From an uncultured Solibacteraceae bacterium (GTDB taxonomy: Bacteria > Acidobacteriota > Holophagae > Holophagales > Holophagaceae): a stretch of 64,000 nucleotides of DNA. The position numbers and the translations under genes are program-made. The stretch is from positions 139,131 through 203,130 of the forward strand of contig CAZTVL010000004.1 of NCBI GenBank assembly GCA_964617215.1. Reading direction: 5' to 3'. This document shows, in pieces, positions 8,703 through 18,807 of this stretch. The stretch's first letter is position 1. Every line of letters starts with the position of its first letter. Below the pieces are notes generated by a model. It did no database searches. It was given only the letters and a program-made list of their open reading frames with translations, and was not told the origin of the DNA.

Positions 8703-9533
8703 ATGCGCGCCTCAGGAACCGTTTCCCGTCCCTGGCCTGGCTGGGCTCATGCCCTGCTGGGGGCCTTGCTGTTCGGCGCGGGCCTGCTCCTGGTGATGTT
8801 CGTCCAGCAACAGGCCACGGCCCGCAAGGCCTGGCCCCTCATGCAGGCCACCCTCCAGCGCCTGGCGACCGAGGAAGGTGCCCGGGACCTCTGGGCGCGG
8901 AATCCGGGGATCCATGGCGACTACGACGATGAAGCCGCCTTCCTGGCCGAAGTCCGCACCTGGCGCCCCCGCATCGGCGCCCTGCCCTCCACGGAACCGC
9001 CCTCCCAGTCCCGATCCCCTTGGTTCAAATCCGCGAGCCCCTGGCATGTCTGGGCCGTGGCCCAGGGTGGCGGCGGGGGCTGGGTGCAATTCCAGGTCCA
9101 GCGCCCCGGCCCCTTCGAAACCCCTGAGGGGGAGGGCTTCACCATGGTCCATTTCGCCCAGGATTGGGATGCCCTCCGGGAGATCCGGGGCGCCCGCCGG
9201 GAGCGCCGGATCGGCGCCCACTGGAAGGAGCTGCGCCGCATCGCGGAGCAAGTGGCTTCCACCGAGGGCACCCGAAGGCTCTGGATCTCCGAATGGGCCC
9301 TCCACACAGCATATCCCACCCCCGAGGCCTTCGAGCAGGAGGCCGCCCGGGCCCGTCCGCTGCTCAGCCACCTGCCCCAGACTCCGGCCGAGGCCAACCA
9401 AGGCCTCGCCCTCAAGCGGGTCCGCAACCCCTTCATGGATCGCGTGGACCTGCGCTGGAAGGATGCTGAAGGCCACGAATTGGCGGTGACCTGGGAGAAC
9501 GGCGCCCTGGTGGGTTTCAAGCACCAGGGCTGA
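8703..9533 (+). CDS. membrane-anchored hypothetical protein with internal duplication
   Basis: 276-aa ORF with one N-terminal TM ([17 protein letters not shown]). It contains two similar modules ([34 protein letters not shown] and [38 protein letters not shown]). I recognise no family. Confidence 0.5.
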   Translation: MRASGTVSRPWPGWAHALLGALLFGAGLLLVMFVQQQATARKAWPLMQATLQRLATEEGARDLWARNPGIHGDYDDEAAFLAEVRTWRPRIGALPSTEPPSQSRSPWFKSASPWHVWAVAQGGGGGWVQFQVQRPGPFETPEGEGFTMVHFAQDWDALREIRGARRERRIGAHWKELRRIAEQVASTEGTRRLWISEWALHTAYPTPEAFEQEAARARPLLSHLPQTPAEANQGLALKRVRNPFMDRVDLRWKDAEGHELAVTWENGALVGFKHQG

Positions 9534-9542
9534 ATCCCGGGT

Positions 9543-10250
9543 TCAGCTCAGCCTTCCGATGAGGGAGGCCAGGGCCGTTTCGGTGCGGAGGATCCGGGGC
9601 CCCAGATGGATGCCACGGAAGCCCGCCCGCCGGAGGGATTCCAGCTCCGCGGGGATCCAACCGCCCTCGGGACCCACCGCCAGCACCGTGGGGCCCATGA
9701 GTCCCCGGGGGCAGGGTTCCTCACCGGCCGGATCCGCCACCAAGCCCAGGGCCCCGGCGAGCAGGTCCGGCAACCGATCTTCCACGAAGGGCTTGAAGAG
9801 GCGCTCCACCTGCAGCTCCGGCAGCACCGTATCACGGGCCTGTTCCAGTCCGAGAATCAACTGCTCCCGCAGATTGGTCGGCTCCATGCGGGGGCTCTTC
9901 CAGTAGGCCTTCTCCACCTTCCAGGCGTTGAGGAGCACGAGGCGCGCCACGCCGAGGCTGGCCGCCGAGGCGAGCACGCGATTGAGCACCTTGGGGCGCG
10001 GCAAGGCGAGCAGGAGGGTGAGCGGAAGCTTGGGGGGCGGCGCTTCATCCAGCGCGAGAGTCAGTTCCAGGGCTTCGTCGTTGACCTTCACCACCTCCGC
10101 ACGTCCCATGGCCCCGTTGAGGAGCCCGGCCCTGAGGGTGGTTCCCCCCTGGGCCTTGAGGATTTCCCGGGCGTGCACCAATCGGCGGCCCGTGATCCGG
10201 GCGCGATCGGGGGCGATGAGGTCGCTCGGTTCGAGGATTAGCAAGTTCAT
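9543..10250 (-). CDS. rsmE: 16S rRNA (uracil1498-N3)-methyltransferase
   Basis: From the internal ATG (MNLLILEPSDL) of ORF 9543..10415. The C-terminal LGPRILRTETA motif and PUA-like N-terminus fit RsmE. Confidence 0.8.
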   Translation of the reverse strand: MNLLILEPSDLIAPDRARITGRRLVHAREILKAQGGTTLRAGLLNGAMGRAEVVKVNDEALELTLALDEAPPPKLPLTLLLALPRPKVLNRVLASAASLGVARLVLLNAWKVEKAYWKSPRMEPTNLREQLILGLEQARDTVLPELQVERLFKPFVEDRLPDLLAGALGLVADPAGEEPCPRGLMGPTVLAVGPEGGWIPAELESLRRAGFRGIHLGPRILRTETALASLIGRLS

Positions 10251-10450
10251 GCCTCCATTCTGGGGGAGGAGCAGCGTCGCCCCGTTTTGAATTCCGAGGC
10301 CCCACCCCCGGAAGGCCGAATTCCTACCCGACCCCGCTTCGGAGACCAAGATCTGCGGCGACTCCCAGGGAACCGGGTTGTGATGTCCGGCGCCAGCGCC
10401 CGTGACCCACGTCAAGCAGTCTCGGACTAGTCTGTCCGTTGGAGGCCATC

Positions 10451-11718
<1,268 letters not shown>

Positions 11719-11722
<4 letters not shown>

Positions 11723-12198
11723 CTCAAGGCGGCCATTCGCTCCAAGGTCTCCACCAGGCGCTCCGCATCATCCAGCTCCAGTTCGCTGAACACCGCGATG
11801 CCTTCCGCCTTCAACCGTTCCGTCGTCAGCCCCTGGCCCGCCAGGGGCTGCTTCGTGAAGGTCCCGTCATAGATCCTAGACACGCCGCAGGAGGGGCTCC
11901 CCTCCTTGAGGATGGCCAAGCCGCATCCATGCTCGCGGGCCGCTTCGAGGGCCCGCTGGGCGCCGAGTTCGAACGCAGGGGTGCGATCCACACCCCGATC
12001 ATCCATCACGCGCCCATCGGGCTGCCGCTCCGCGGGGGGCCGGGGCACAGGGAGCCCGCCGGCCACCTCGGGACACAGGGGCACCAGGCGACCCTCCGCC
12101 GCCCAGCGATCCAACCGGGGGTCGAGCACCGTCTTCGCCCGGCCGTCGAAGCGAACGGGATCGCCCAGCAGGCAGGCGCTCACGAGGATGCGGATCAC
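11719..12198 (-). CDS. DUF523 family protein
   Basis: The GTG start overlaps the stop of the upstream TfoX-like gene (GTGA). VIRILVSACLLGDPVRFDGRAK is the DUF523 N-terminal signature. Length is about 159 aa. Confidence 0.7.
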
Positions 12199-12551
12199 CG
12201 TTTCACCGCCTTGGCCTTCTTCGGTTTCTTGGCCCGGGCCGCCACGGCGAGGGCGCGCTCCATCCACACCGACAGTACGAAATCATCCTCCAGCACCTCA
12301 CCGGGCACTTCGTAGTATCCCTCCATGGTCCGGCCATCCTTGAAGGGATCGAAGGCCCCCATCCCCGCCTCCACGAACGCGGGTCGAGACCCGTCGTCCA
12401 CCTTGAAGTAGAGGCGGTCGTCGTCGGCCAGTGCGAAGAAGAGGCCCTCTGCGTAGATGCCGAGCCCCCCGAACATCGATTTGCCCTGCACCGGTTGGAT
12501 CTGGCCGAGTTGCTCCAGGATCCACGTTCGATAGCTGGCGGATACGGCCAT
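12195..12551 (-). CDS. TfoX/Sxy N-terminal domain protein
   Basis: 118-aa ORF. GKSMFGGLGIYAEGLFFALADDDRLYFKVDD matches the TfoX_N pattern. Confidence 0.7.
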   Translation of the reverse strand: MAVSASYRTWILEQLGQIQPVQGKSMFGGLGIYAEGLFFALADDDRLYFKVDDGSRPAFVEAGMGAFDPFKDGRTMEGYYEVPGEVLEDDFVLSVWMERALAVAARAKKPKKAKAVKR

Positions 12552-12810
12552 GCAAATCCTCCCCCTGTGACGACCATCATCACAGCCACCCGGGCTTTCG
12601 ATTGACTTCCTGGGGGCTGTTCCTATGATCCGTCCGTTCGATGATCTTTGGTTCCCTCAAAAAGTCGCTCCCATGTGAACTCAACCGCACTTGGCGGAGC
12701 TTCCAAGAGGCAACCTTCCCCGCCGACCCCCGCCGCCTCGCGGCTCGAGGCCCGCCTGTCAGGTGCCTGGCCTGCTACCGTTTTCCTTCCCACCACCTTC
12801 TGGAGACTTC

Positions 12811-14835
12811 ATGTCCCTTCTCGAATGGGCCGCCTCACATCCGATGATCCTCATCTTCGGCGCCCTTGTGCTGTTCACCCTCGCCAAGACCCTTCGCTAC
12901 ATCCCCAACAACCGGGTCGGCATCCTGGAAAAGCTCTGGAGCGGCACCGGCTCTGTGAAGAGCGGCCTCATCGCCCTCAACGGCGAAGCCGGCTTCCAGC
13001 CTCACGTCCTCCGTGGTGGCTGGCACGTGCTCATGCCCTTCATCTACCGCATCCACAAGGCCCCGCTCGTCACCATCCCCCAGGGCAAGATCGGGTACGT
13101 GTTCGCCCGTGACGGTCGCGACCTTCCCGCCACCCAGGCCCTCGCTTCCAACGAGAAGGCCAAGGATTTCCAGGATGTGGTGGGATTCCTCCAGGCCGGT
13201 GGCCAGAAGGGCCCGCAACGGCAGATCCTCCGTGAAGGTACCTACGCCATCAACCTCGCGGAATTCATCGTCCTGACCGAGGACCAGCTCTACTACCTCC
13301 CCCTGGACCGCAGCGAGCTGGAAACCTTCACCAAGATGAGCGCCATCATTGCCGAGCGCGGCGGTTACCGGCCCGTGGTGATCAAGGGCACGGACGACGT
13401 CATCGGCATTATCACGGTGCACGACGGCCCCAGCCTCCAGGCCGGGGAGATCATCGCCCCCGCCGTGGGGAACGATCCCGCCGATTCAGCCACCTATCAC
13501 AACAACTTCCAGGATGCCGACAAGTTCCTCCGCGCCAATGGCCGCCGCGGCCGCCAGCTGCAGGTGCTGGTGGAAGGCACCTACTACATCAACCGCCTCT
13601 TCGCCACGGCCGAGGCCGTCGCCAAGACCGTGGTGGAAGTGGGCACCGTGGGCGTGGTCGTGAGCTACACCGGTGAACTGGGCAAGGACATCAGCGGCGC
13701 CGAGTATCGCCACGGCGAGCTGGTGGCCACGGGCGAACGCGGCGTGTGGGCCGAGCCCATGCTCCCCGGCAAGTACGCCTTCAACACCTACGCCGGCAAG
13801 ATGGTGATGGTGCCCACCACCAACTTCATCCTGAAGTGGAGCAAGGCCGAGGTGGGCAGCCACAAGCTGGATGAGAACCTCTCGGAAGTCAGCCTCATCA
13901 CGAAGGATGCCTTCGAGCCCAGCCTGCCCCTGAGCGTCGTCGTCCACATCGATTACCGCAAGGCCCCCCTCGTTATCCAGCGCTTTGGCGACATCAAGCG
14001 GCTCGTAGAGCAGACCCTGGATCCCATGGTCAGCGCCTACTTCAAGAACATCGGCCAGACCCGCACCCTCATCCAACTCATCCAGGACCGGTCCGCTATC
14101 CAGGATCAATCCAGCGGGCAGATGAAGGAGAAGTTCGCGGGCTACAACCTGGACCTCCAGGAAGTGCTCATCGGCACGCCCACCAGCGGCGTGGCCGGCG
14201 GCCAGATCGAGCAGATCCTCACCCAGCTCCGCAGCCGCCAGATCGCTGAAGAGCAGGTGGAGACCTATACCCGCCAGGAAAAGGCCGCCGTGCAGGAGCG
14301 GGAACTCCGCGAAGCCGAGGCCCGGGCCAAGCAGCAGACCATGCTGACGGAATCCGAAATCGCCATCACCGTGCAGAGCAACCAAGGTAAGGCGGACTTC
14401 GCCCGCGCCCAGCAGGAGGCCAACCGCATCCAGACCTTGGCCACGGCCGAGGCGGAACGCAACCGCATCACCGCCGAAGGCGAGGCCAAGAAGATCAAGG
14501 CCATCGCCGAAGCCGACGCCGAACGCGCCGCCCGCGTGGGTGTGGCCCAGGCCCTCGCCGTGGAGGAACAGGTCCGCGCCTATGGCGGTCCCCAGTTCCA
14601 GCTGGTGCAGCAGGTCATGGCCCGCTTCGCCGAGGCCGTCGAAACCTCCAAGGTGGACCTGGTGCCCAAGATCCAGATGGGGACCCAGGAGGGCAAGGGC
14701 AACTTCATCGAGAGCCTGCTCACCCTCATGCTCAGCGAAAAGGTGGGCAACCTCGCCGGCGTCGCCCCCATCGCGCCCCGGGATCCCGAGGCCGAGCGCA
14801 TCCGTCAGGACCTCATGAAGGGCATGAGCAAATAA
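12811..14835 (+). CDS. flotillin-like SPFH/band-7 protein
   Basis: The ATG at 12811 (MSLLEWAASHPMILIFGALVLF, one TM) is preceded by GGAG. It has an SPFH core and a long Ala/Glu-rich coiled-coil tail (AEAERNRITAEGEAKKIKAIAEADAERAARV). Confidence 0.85.
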   Translation: MSLLEWAASHPMILIFGALVLFTLAKTLRYIPNNRVGILEKLWSGTGSVKSGLIALNGEAGFQPHVLRGGWHVLMPFIYRIHKAPLVTIPQGKIGYVFARDGRDLPATQALASNEKAKDFQDVVGFLQAGGQKGPQRQILREGTYAINLAEFIVLTEDQLYYLPLDRSELETFTKMSAIIAERGGYRPVVIKGTDDVIGIITVHDGPSLQAGEIIAPAVGNDPADSATYHNNFQDADKFLRANGRRGRQLQVLVEGTYYINRLFATAEAVAKTVVEVGTVGVVVSYTGELGKDISGAEYRHGELVATGERGVWAEPMLPGKYAFNTYAGKMVMVPTTNFILKWSKAEVGSHKLDENLSEVSLITKDAFEPSLPLSVVVHIDYRKAPLVIQRFGDIKRLVEQTLDPMVSAYFKNIGQTRTLIQLIQDRSAIQDQSSGQMKEKFAGYNLDLQEVLIGTPTSGVAGGQIEQILTQLRSRQIAEEQVETYTRQEKAAVQERELREAEARAKQQTMLTESEIAITVQSNQGKADFARAQQEANRIQTLATAEAERNRITAEGEAKKIKAIAEADAERAARVGVAQALAVEEQVRAYGGPQFQLVQQVMARFAEAVETSKVDLVPKIQMGTQEGKGNFIESLLTLMLSEKVGNLAGVAPIAPRDPEAERIRQDLMKGMSK

Positions 14836-15614
14836 TGGAAGTGGGGATGGCATCACAGGGAGGCGGCCTCGCGGCCGCCTCCCTTTCTTCCTTACCTATG
14901 GATGTTGGGCTTCTCCAAGGCATCCAATCGTCTTTCCCAGATCTTCGAATGGCAATGACCTTCAAGGCCGCCAACCGATTGCCCAACATGCTTGCCTGGG
15001 TATTTAGCTCAGTCATGACTCTCATCGCATTCGTCGCATTCATCTCCGCCACCCATGGCCACGCCCATAGCGGGGATGGACACCCATGGGCCTTCGTTAC
15101 CGGCGCCTGCATTCTCGGGGGCGCATACTTTTGGGCTGCGCTACGGCCGAATCCATACGCCTGGGCAATCAGTGCGATGGGATGGTTGGCGGTGGTGCTG
15201 TTCATCGGACTCGCCCCTGATTCTGATGCACCAGACCCAAGGGAGCCCATGCTCCTTTTTGGAGGGATCGCCTTCGTCATCTATCACCTATATGCAATGT
15301 GGATTCAGATACAGCGCAGGGACCTTCGCAATCCGAAAGGCGCGATCTCCGACTTAAAATCCCTTAAGGAGCGCATGTGGCTGCGTTCACTGGAGCCACA
15401 TGCCCCGATGATCTCCCTTCGACCAGTGGGGCCCTATGGGACTTGGGGCCTCACAGCCCACCTTTCCAAGGTGCCGGCCGGATGGGTGCTGATGTGGGGG
15501 GAGACTGCGATCCCGCTTTTCGCATATGAAGTCACCTGCTCCGAACTCGATCCGCCAGGCACTGTCCAGATTTCGTTCGAAGGCCAAACCTTCCGATTCG
15601 TCGCCCCCGAATGA
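14835..15614 (+). CDS. membrane protein, unknown function (coupled to flotillin)
   Basis: The ATG overlaps the flotillin stop (TAATG). It has about four hydrophobic helices followed by a roughly 90-aa soluble C-terminal part. It looks AT-richer than its neighbours. The start is uncertain. Confidence 0.5.
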   Translation: MEVGMASQGGGLAAASLSSLPMDVGLLQGIQSSFPDLRMAMTFKAANRLPNMLAWVFSSVMTLIAFVAFISATHGHAHSGDGHPWAFVTGACILGGAYFWAALRPNPYAWAISAMGWLAVVLFIGLAPDSDAPDPREPMLLFGGIAFVIYHLYAMWIQIQRRDLRNPKGAISDLKSLKERMWLRSLEPHAPMISLRPVGPYGTWGLTAHLSKVPAGWVLMWGETAIPLFAYEVTCSELDPPGTVQISFEGQTFRFVAPE

Positions 15615-15717
15615 TTCGGCACCTTCAGGGCGGCCCCCGGGCCGCCCTTCCCCTTTGTAGCCCCCATCATCGAGTTCTTCCGCCCACCTGCCGAAACTGG
15701 GGAAGACCCGAGGTTCC

Positions 15718-16470
15718 ATGGATCTCTCCACCCTCACCATTCCCCCCGGCAAGGAGATCGCCTCGATCTACCTGCTGCCGGACTGCAACATGAGCTGCCG
15801 CTTCTGCGGCAGCGAGCTGGATTTCTCGGTGATCTCCCCCGTGCAGGCTTTGGCCCTCCTGGCCCACCTCAAGACCCTCGGCTTCACGCAGGTGGTGCTG
15901 GGCGGGGGCGAGCCCTTCCTGTGGCCCCACAACCTCGTGGACCTCTGCCGCAAGGCCAAGGCCATGGGCTTCCTGGTGCAGGTCTGCACCAACGGCACCC
16001 TCATGCCCATCGGCATCGAGCACGAGCCCGCCATCGACCGCTTCATCCTCCCCTTGGAAGCCGCCACGCCGGAGCTCCACGATCACTTGCGCCGCCATGC
16101 GAAGGGGCACCACGCTCAGGTCTTGGAGCAGTTGGCCCGGCTCGCGGAGGCGGGCTGCTCCATCACCCTCTCCACCGTCGTCACCCGGGAGAACCTGTCC
16201 CACCTTCCGACCCTCGCGGACCAGCTGCAGGATTTCAAAACCGCGGGCGCCAACCTGCATGCCTGGCACCTCTATCGATTCCTGCCCACGGGCCGCCAGG
16301 GCCGGGATCACGGCCAGGAACTGCTCACCTCCACCCAGGCCTACCGGCAGGCCGTGGATGGCGTGCGAGCGCGGAGCCGCGGGTTCACCATCTACCGCCG
16401 CAGCGACATGCTGCGCTCCAGCACCGTGGCCTATTTCTGGGCCGATGAAGGTGTCATTCGAACGGCCTGA
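15718..16470 (+). CDS. radical SAM protein, subfamily unknown
   Basis: 250-aa ORF with a CNMSCRFC (CxxxCxxC) cluster near the N-terminus and a GGGEPFL SAM-binding motif. There is no SPASM or other accessory domain. Confidence 0.75.
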   Translation: MDLSTLTIPPGKEIASIYLLPDCNMSCRFCGSELDFSVISPVQALALLAHLKTLGFTQVVLGGGEPFLWPHNLVDLCRKAKAMGFLVQVCTNGTLMPIGIEHEPAIDRFILPLEAATPELHDHLRRHAKGHHAQVLEQLARLAEAGCSITLSTVVTRENLSHLPTLADQLQDFKTAGANLHAWHLYRFLPTGRQGRDHGQELLTSTQAYRQAVDGVRARSRGFTIYRRSDMLRSSTVAYFWADEGVIRTA

Positions 16471-17131
16471 AGAACAGCGCCGCCGCATGGGACAGTTCGG
16501 CTCGGGGTTTTTCTCGCAGGGCCTGCCGAACGTCTTCGCCACACAGCGCCCCCATGATCCGCTCCGCCTCCGCCGGTGACTCGAAGGCGAGGCGGATGGG
16601 CACCTCCTCGACCACCTGGAATCCGAATTCGTCCACCAAACGGCGGGCTCCCGGCTCCAACCCGTGGCAGCCGCGCAAGGTCTGGAAATCGCCGGAACCG
16701 GCATTCTCGATGGCCCAAATCCCCGCGCCGGGGCCCGGTGAGAGGACGCGCTCCCCGTCCGCCAGGATCGCCGCCACGGTGCTCCGGCTCAGGTATCCGA
16801 GCACCCAGGCCGCTACGATCCGATGCACCGACCGGGCCTTCAGCGGAAGCTGCTGCCCCAGGGCACGGAGCGCCAAGGGTCCGGTGGCCATCCGGTCCAC
16901 CAACGCGGCTTCCGGCTCCAAGGCAACCCAGGCCTCGCAGACCGGGCTCAACCGCTCCGCCAGTTTGCCGGTGCCCGCCCCGATCTCCAGCACCCGCCGA
17001 CCCTCCAGGCCCCCTCGGCGCAGCAGCGCCTCGATCACCCGCCCTTCGGGATCCTCCGCCTGGGCAAAGGCTTCGAAGACCTCCGGGGCCTCCGCGTAGA
17101 TGCGCCGCCACTGCTCCGCCATATCCCCCAT
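16454..17131 (-). CDS. class I SAM-dependent methyltransferase
   Basis: Only the last 225 codons of ORF 16454..18115 look genuine (MGDMAEQWRRIY...). VLEIGAGTGKLAE is methyltransferase motif I. It overlaps the convergent radical SAM gene by 17 nt. Confidence 0.75.
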   Translation of the reverse strand: MGDMAEQWRRIYAEAPEVFEAFAQAEDPEGRVIEALLRRGGLEGRRVLEIGAGTGKLAERLSPVCEAWVALEPEAALVDRMATGPLALRALGQQLPLKARSVHRIVAAWVLGYLSRSTVAAILADGERVLSPGPGAGIWAIENAGSGDFQTLRGCHGLEPGARRLVDEFGFQVVEEVPIRLAFESPAEAERIMGALCGEDVRQALREKPRAELSHAAALFFRPFE

Positions 17132-17158
17132 CCTGCCTGAAGGGGCTACCCTTCCACC

Positions 17159-17521
17159 ATGAGCATCGCGCGCACCATCACCGCCCTGCGCAAGGCCGCC
17201 CTGGCCTACCCCGAAACCCGGGAGGATCACCCCTGGGGCGAGTGCGCCTTCAAGGTGAAGGAAAAGGTGTTCCTCTTCCTGGGCCAGGACAAGGAAGAGC
17301 TCCGCATCACCTTCAAGCTCCCAGCCTCCCGGGGCTTCGCCCTGCTGCTGCCCTTCGCCAAGCCCACCGCCTACGGCCTGGGCAAGAGCGGCGGGATCAC
17401 CTGCACATTCGAATCGAAGGAACCGATCCCGCTGCCGATGATGCTGGATTGGCTGGATGAGAGCTTCCGAGCCGTAGCCCCGAAGAAGCTGTCGGCCACC
17501 GTGCCTTCCCGCCGGGGATAA
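17159..17521 (+). CDS. MmcQ/YjbR family protein
   Basis: 120-aa ORF. YPETREDHPWGECAFKVKEKVFLFLG matches the YjbR-family pattern. Confidence 0.7.
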   Translation: MSIARTITALRKAALAYPETREDHPWGECAFKVKEKVFLFLGQDKEELRITFKLPASRGFALLLPFAKPTAYGLGKSGGITCTFESKEPIPLPMMLDWLDESFRAVAPKKLSATVPSRRG

Positions 17522-17528
17522 TGGCCTC

Positions 17529-18179
17529 ATGGGTACCACCGCCATCCTCCAGCAGATCCTCGACGGCTGCCGCCGCCTGCACGCGCAGGGATTGCTGGCG
17601 GCGGCGGATGGCAACGTTTCCGCACGATTGCCCGATGGTCGCATCGCCATTACGCCCCGGAGCGTGCCCAAGGCAGAACTGGGGCTCCACGACTTCGCCT
17701 TCCTGGACCTGGACGGCCGCATCCTCCGAGGCGACCCCAGCAGCGAGCGGGCCATGCACCTGGAGGTGTACCGTCGGGTGCCGGAAGCCCAGGCGGTGGT
17801 CCACGCGCATCCGGTGACCGCCATCGCCTGGAGCCTGGCCCGACCGGAACTGAAGGAGCTGCCCGGGGATTCGCTCCCGGAGGTGATCCTCGCCACGGGT
17901 CGCATTCCCGTGGTGCCCATGGCCATTCCCGGCACGGAGGCCATGGGCACGAACCTCCACCCCTTCCTGCCCGAGCACCGGGTGATGATCCTCGCGCGCC
18001 ACGGCGGCCTCTGCTGGGGCGAGAGCCTGCGAGAAGCCCTGGGTGGGCTGGAGCGCCTGGAGCAGGTGGCGAAGATCCTCCTGGCGGCGGAGCAGCTGGG
18101 CGGCGCGAAGCCCATGGCTGCGGAGGACGTGGCTCAGATCCGCGCCCTGCGGGAGCGCCTGGGGCCCCGGATCATCTAA
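17529..18179 (+). CDS. class II aldolase/adducin family protein (MtnB-like candidate)
   Basis: 216-aa ORF with the ADGNVSARL motif and VVHAHP metal-binding histidines. Its proximity to mtnA suggests methylthioribulose-1-P dehydratase, but that is inference. Confidence 0.7.
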   Translation: MGTTAILQQILDGCRRLHAQGLLAAADGNVSARLPDGRIAITPRSVPKAELGLHDFAFLDLDGRILRGDPSSERAMHLEVYRRVPEAQAVVHAHPVTAIAWSLARPELKELPGDSLPEVILATGRIPVVPMAIPGTEAMGTNLHPFLPEHRVMILARHGGLCWGESLREALGGLERLEQVAKILLAAEQLGGAKPMAAEDVAQIRALRERLGPRII

Positions 18180-18185
18180 ATCCGC

Positions 18186-18773
18186 TCAGGCCTTCCACTG
18201 CACCCGGTACCGGTGCCTCCAGGAGGGGTCCCCGGCTCCCGGCGGCTCGTAGGCCACCGTGGCCTCCTCGGCCCCCAGCCGCCGCAGCATCTCACCTGCG
18301 TAGGCCGGCACCACCTTGGCCACGAAGATCGGCGTGGGATAGTCGGCCCAGAGGGTGAGCGTGGCCTCACACTCCCCCAGCTCGTCCAAGTGCAGGATCC
18401 CCCCACGGTTGAAGCGGTTCCACACCCGGGGCAGGATGCGCAGGAAAGCCCGGTGGCCCATCCAGCTCAACAGCAGGCCTTCCAGGCGCCCATCCAGCAT
18501 CCGCTGGGCCATGAGGATGCCGTGGGACGGGAAGGGATCGAAATCACTGAGGGACAGAAAGGCCGCCTCCACCTCCAGCACCACCGGAAGGGGGATCCAG
18601 TCCGATTCCGCCACGGGCGCGGCCATGAAGGCCTGGCCTTCGGGGGAGAGCCGCTCGTGGAGATCGGCCTGCCGTCCTTCGGAAAGGGTGGCCAGCATGG
18701 TGGCCCGCAGCAGGGGCATGCCGGGGCCCCGGATGTGGGAGACCTGGGCTTCTTCGCGGGTCACGGTCGGCAT
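18186..18773 (-). CDS. hypothetical protein (possibly DUF2378-like)
   Basis: The ATG at 18773 (MPTVTREEAQ) avoids overlapping the divergent mtnA start. About 195 aa. The family assignment is only a vague resemblance. Confidence 0.45.
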   Translation of the reverse strand: MPTVTREEAQVSHIRGPGMPLLRATMLATLSEGRQADLHERLSPEGQAFMAAPVAESDWIPLPVVLEVEAAFLSLSDFDPFPSHGILMAQRMLDGRLEGLLLSWMGHRAFLRILPRVWNRFNRGGILHLDELGECEATLTLWADYPTPIFVAKVVPAYAGEMLRRLGAEEATVAYEPPGAGDPSWRHRYRVQWKA

Positions 18774-18807
18774 CCCATCACGGTAGCCGTGCCGGTAGCC
18801 TAGAGCC

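Noticed and set aside
12552-12810. A 259-bp gap upstream of the flotillin gene as a possible riboswitch or sRNA.
   Set aside because: I could find no conserved-looking helices, terminator or known riboswitch core motifs by eye. It is more likely an ordinary divergent promoter region.
14835-15614. The AT-richer flotillin-adjacent gene as part of a mobile island.
   Set aside because: I found no flanking direct repeats, tRNA or recombinase. The compositional shift is modest, and the gene is translationally coupled to the flotillin gene. I therefore report it only as an unusual partner gene.
16454-18115. Very long ORF-track entries that extend real genes upstream: 16454-18115, 34549-36969, 40304-42292, 47069-48838, 48627-50405, 59946-62198, 23790-25073, 31660-32754.
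   Set aside because: Only the C-terminal portions carry recognisable domains. The N-terminal extensions are Arg/Pro/Gly-rich and overlap neighbouring well-supported genes. Internal starts were chosen instead.
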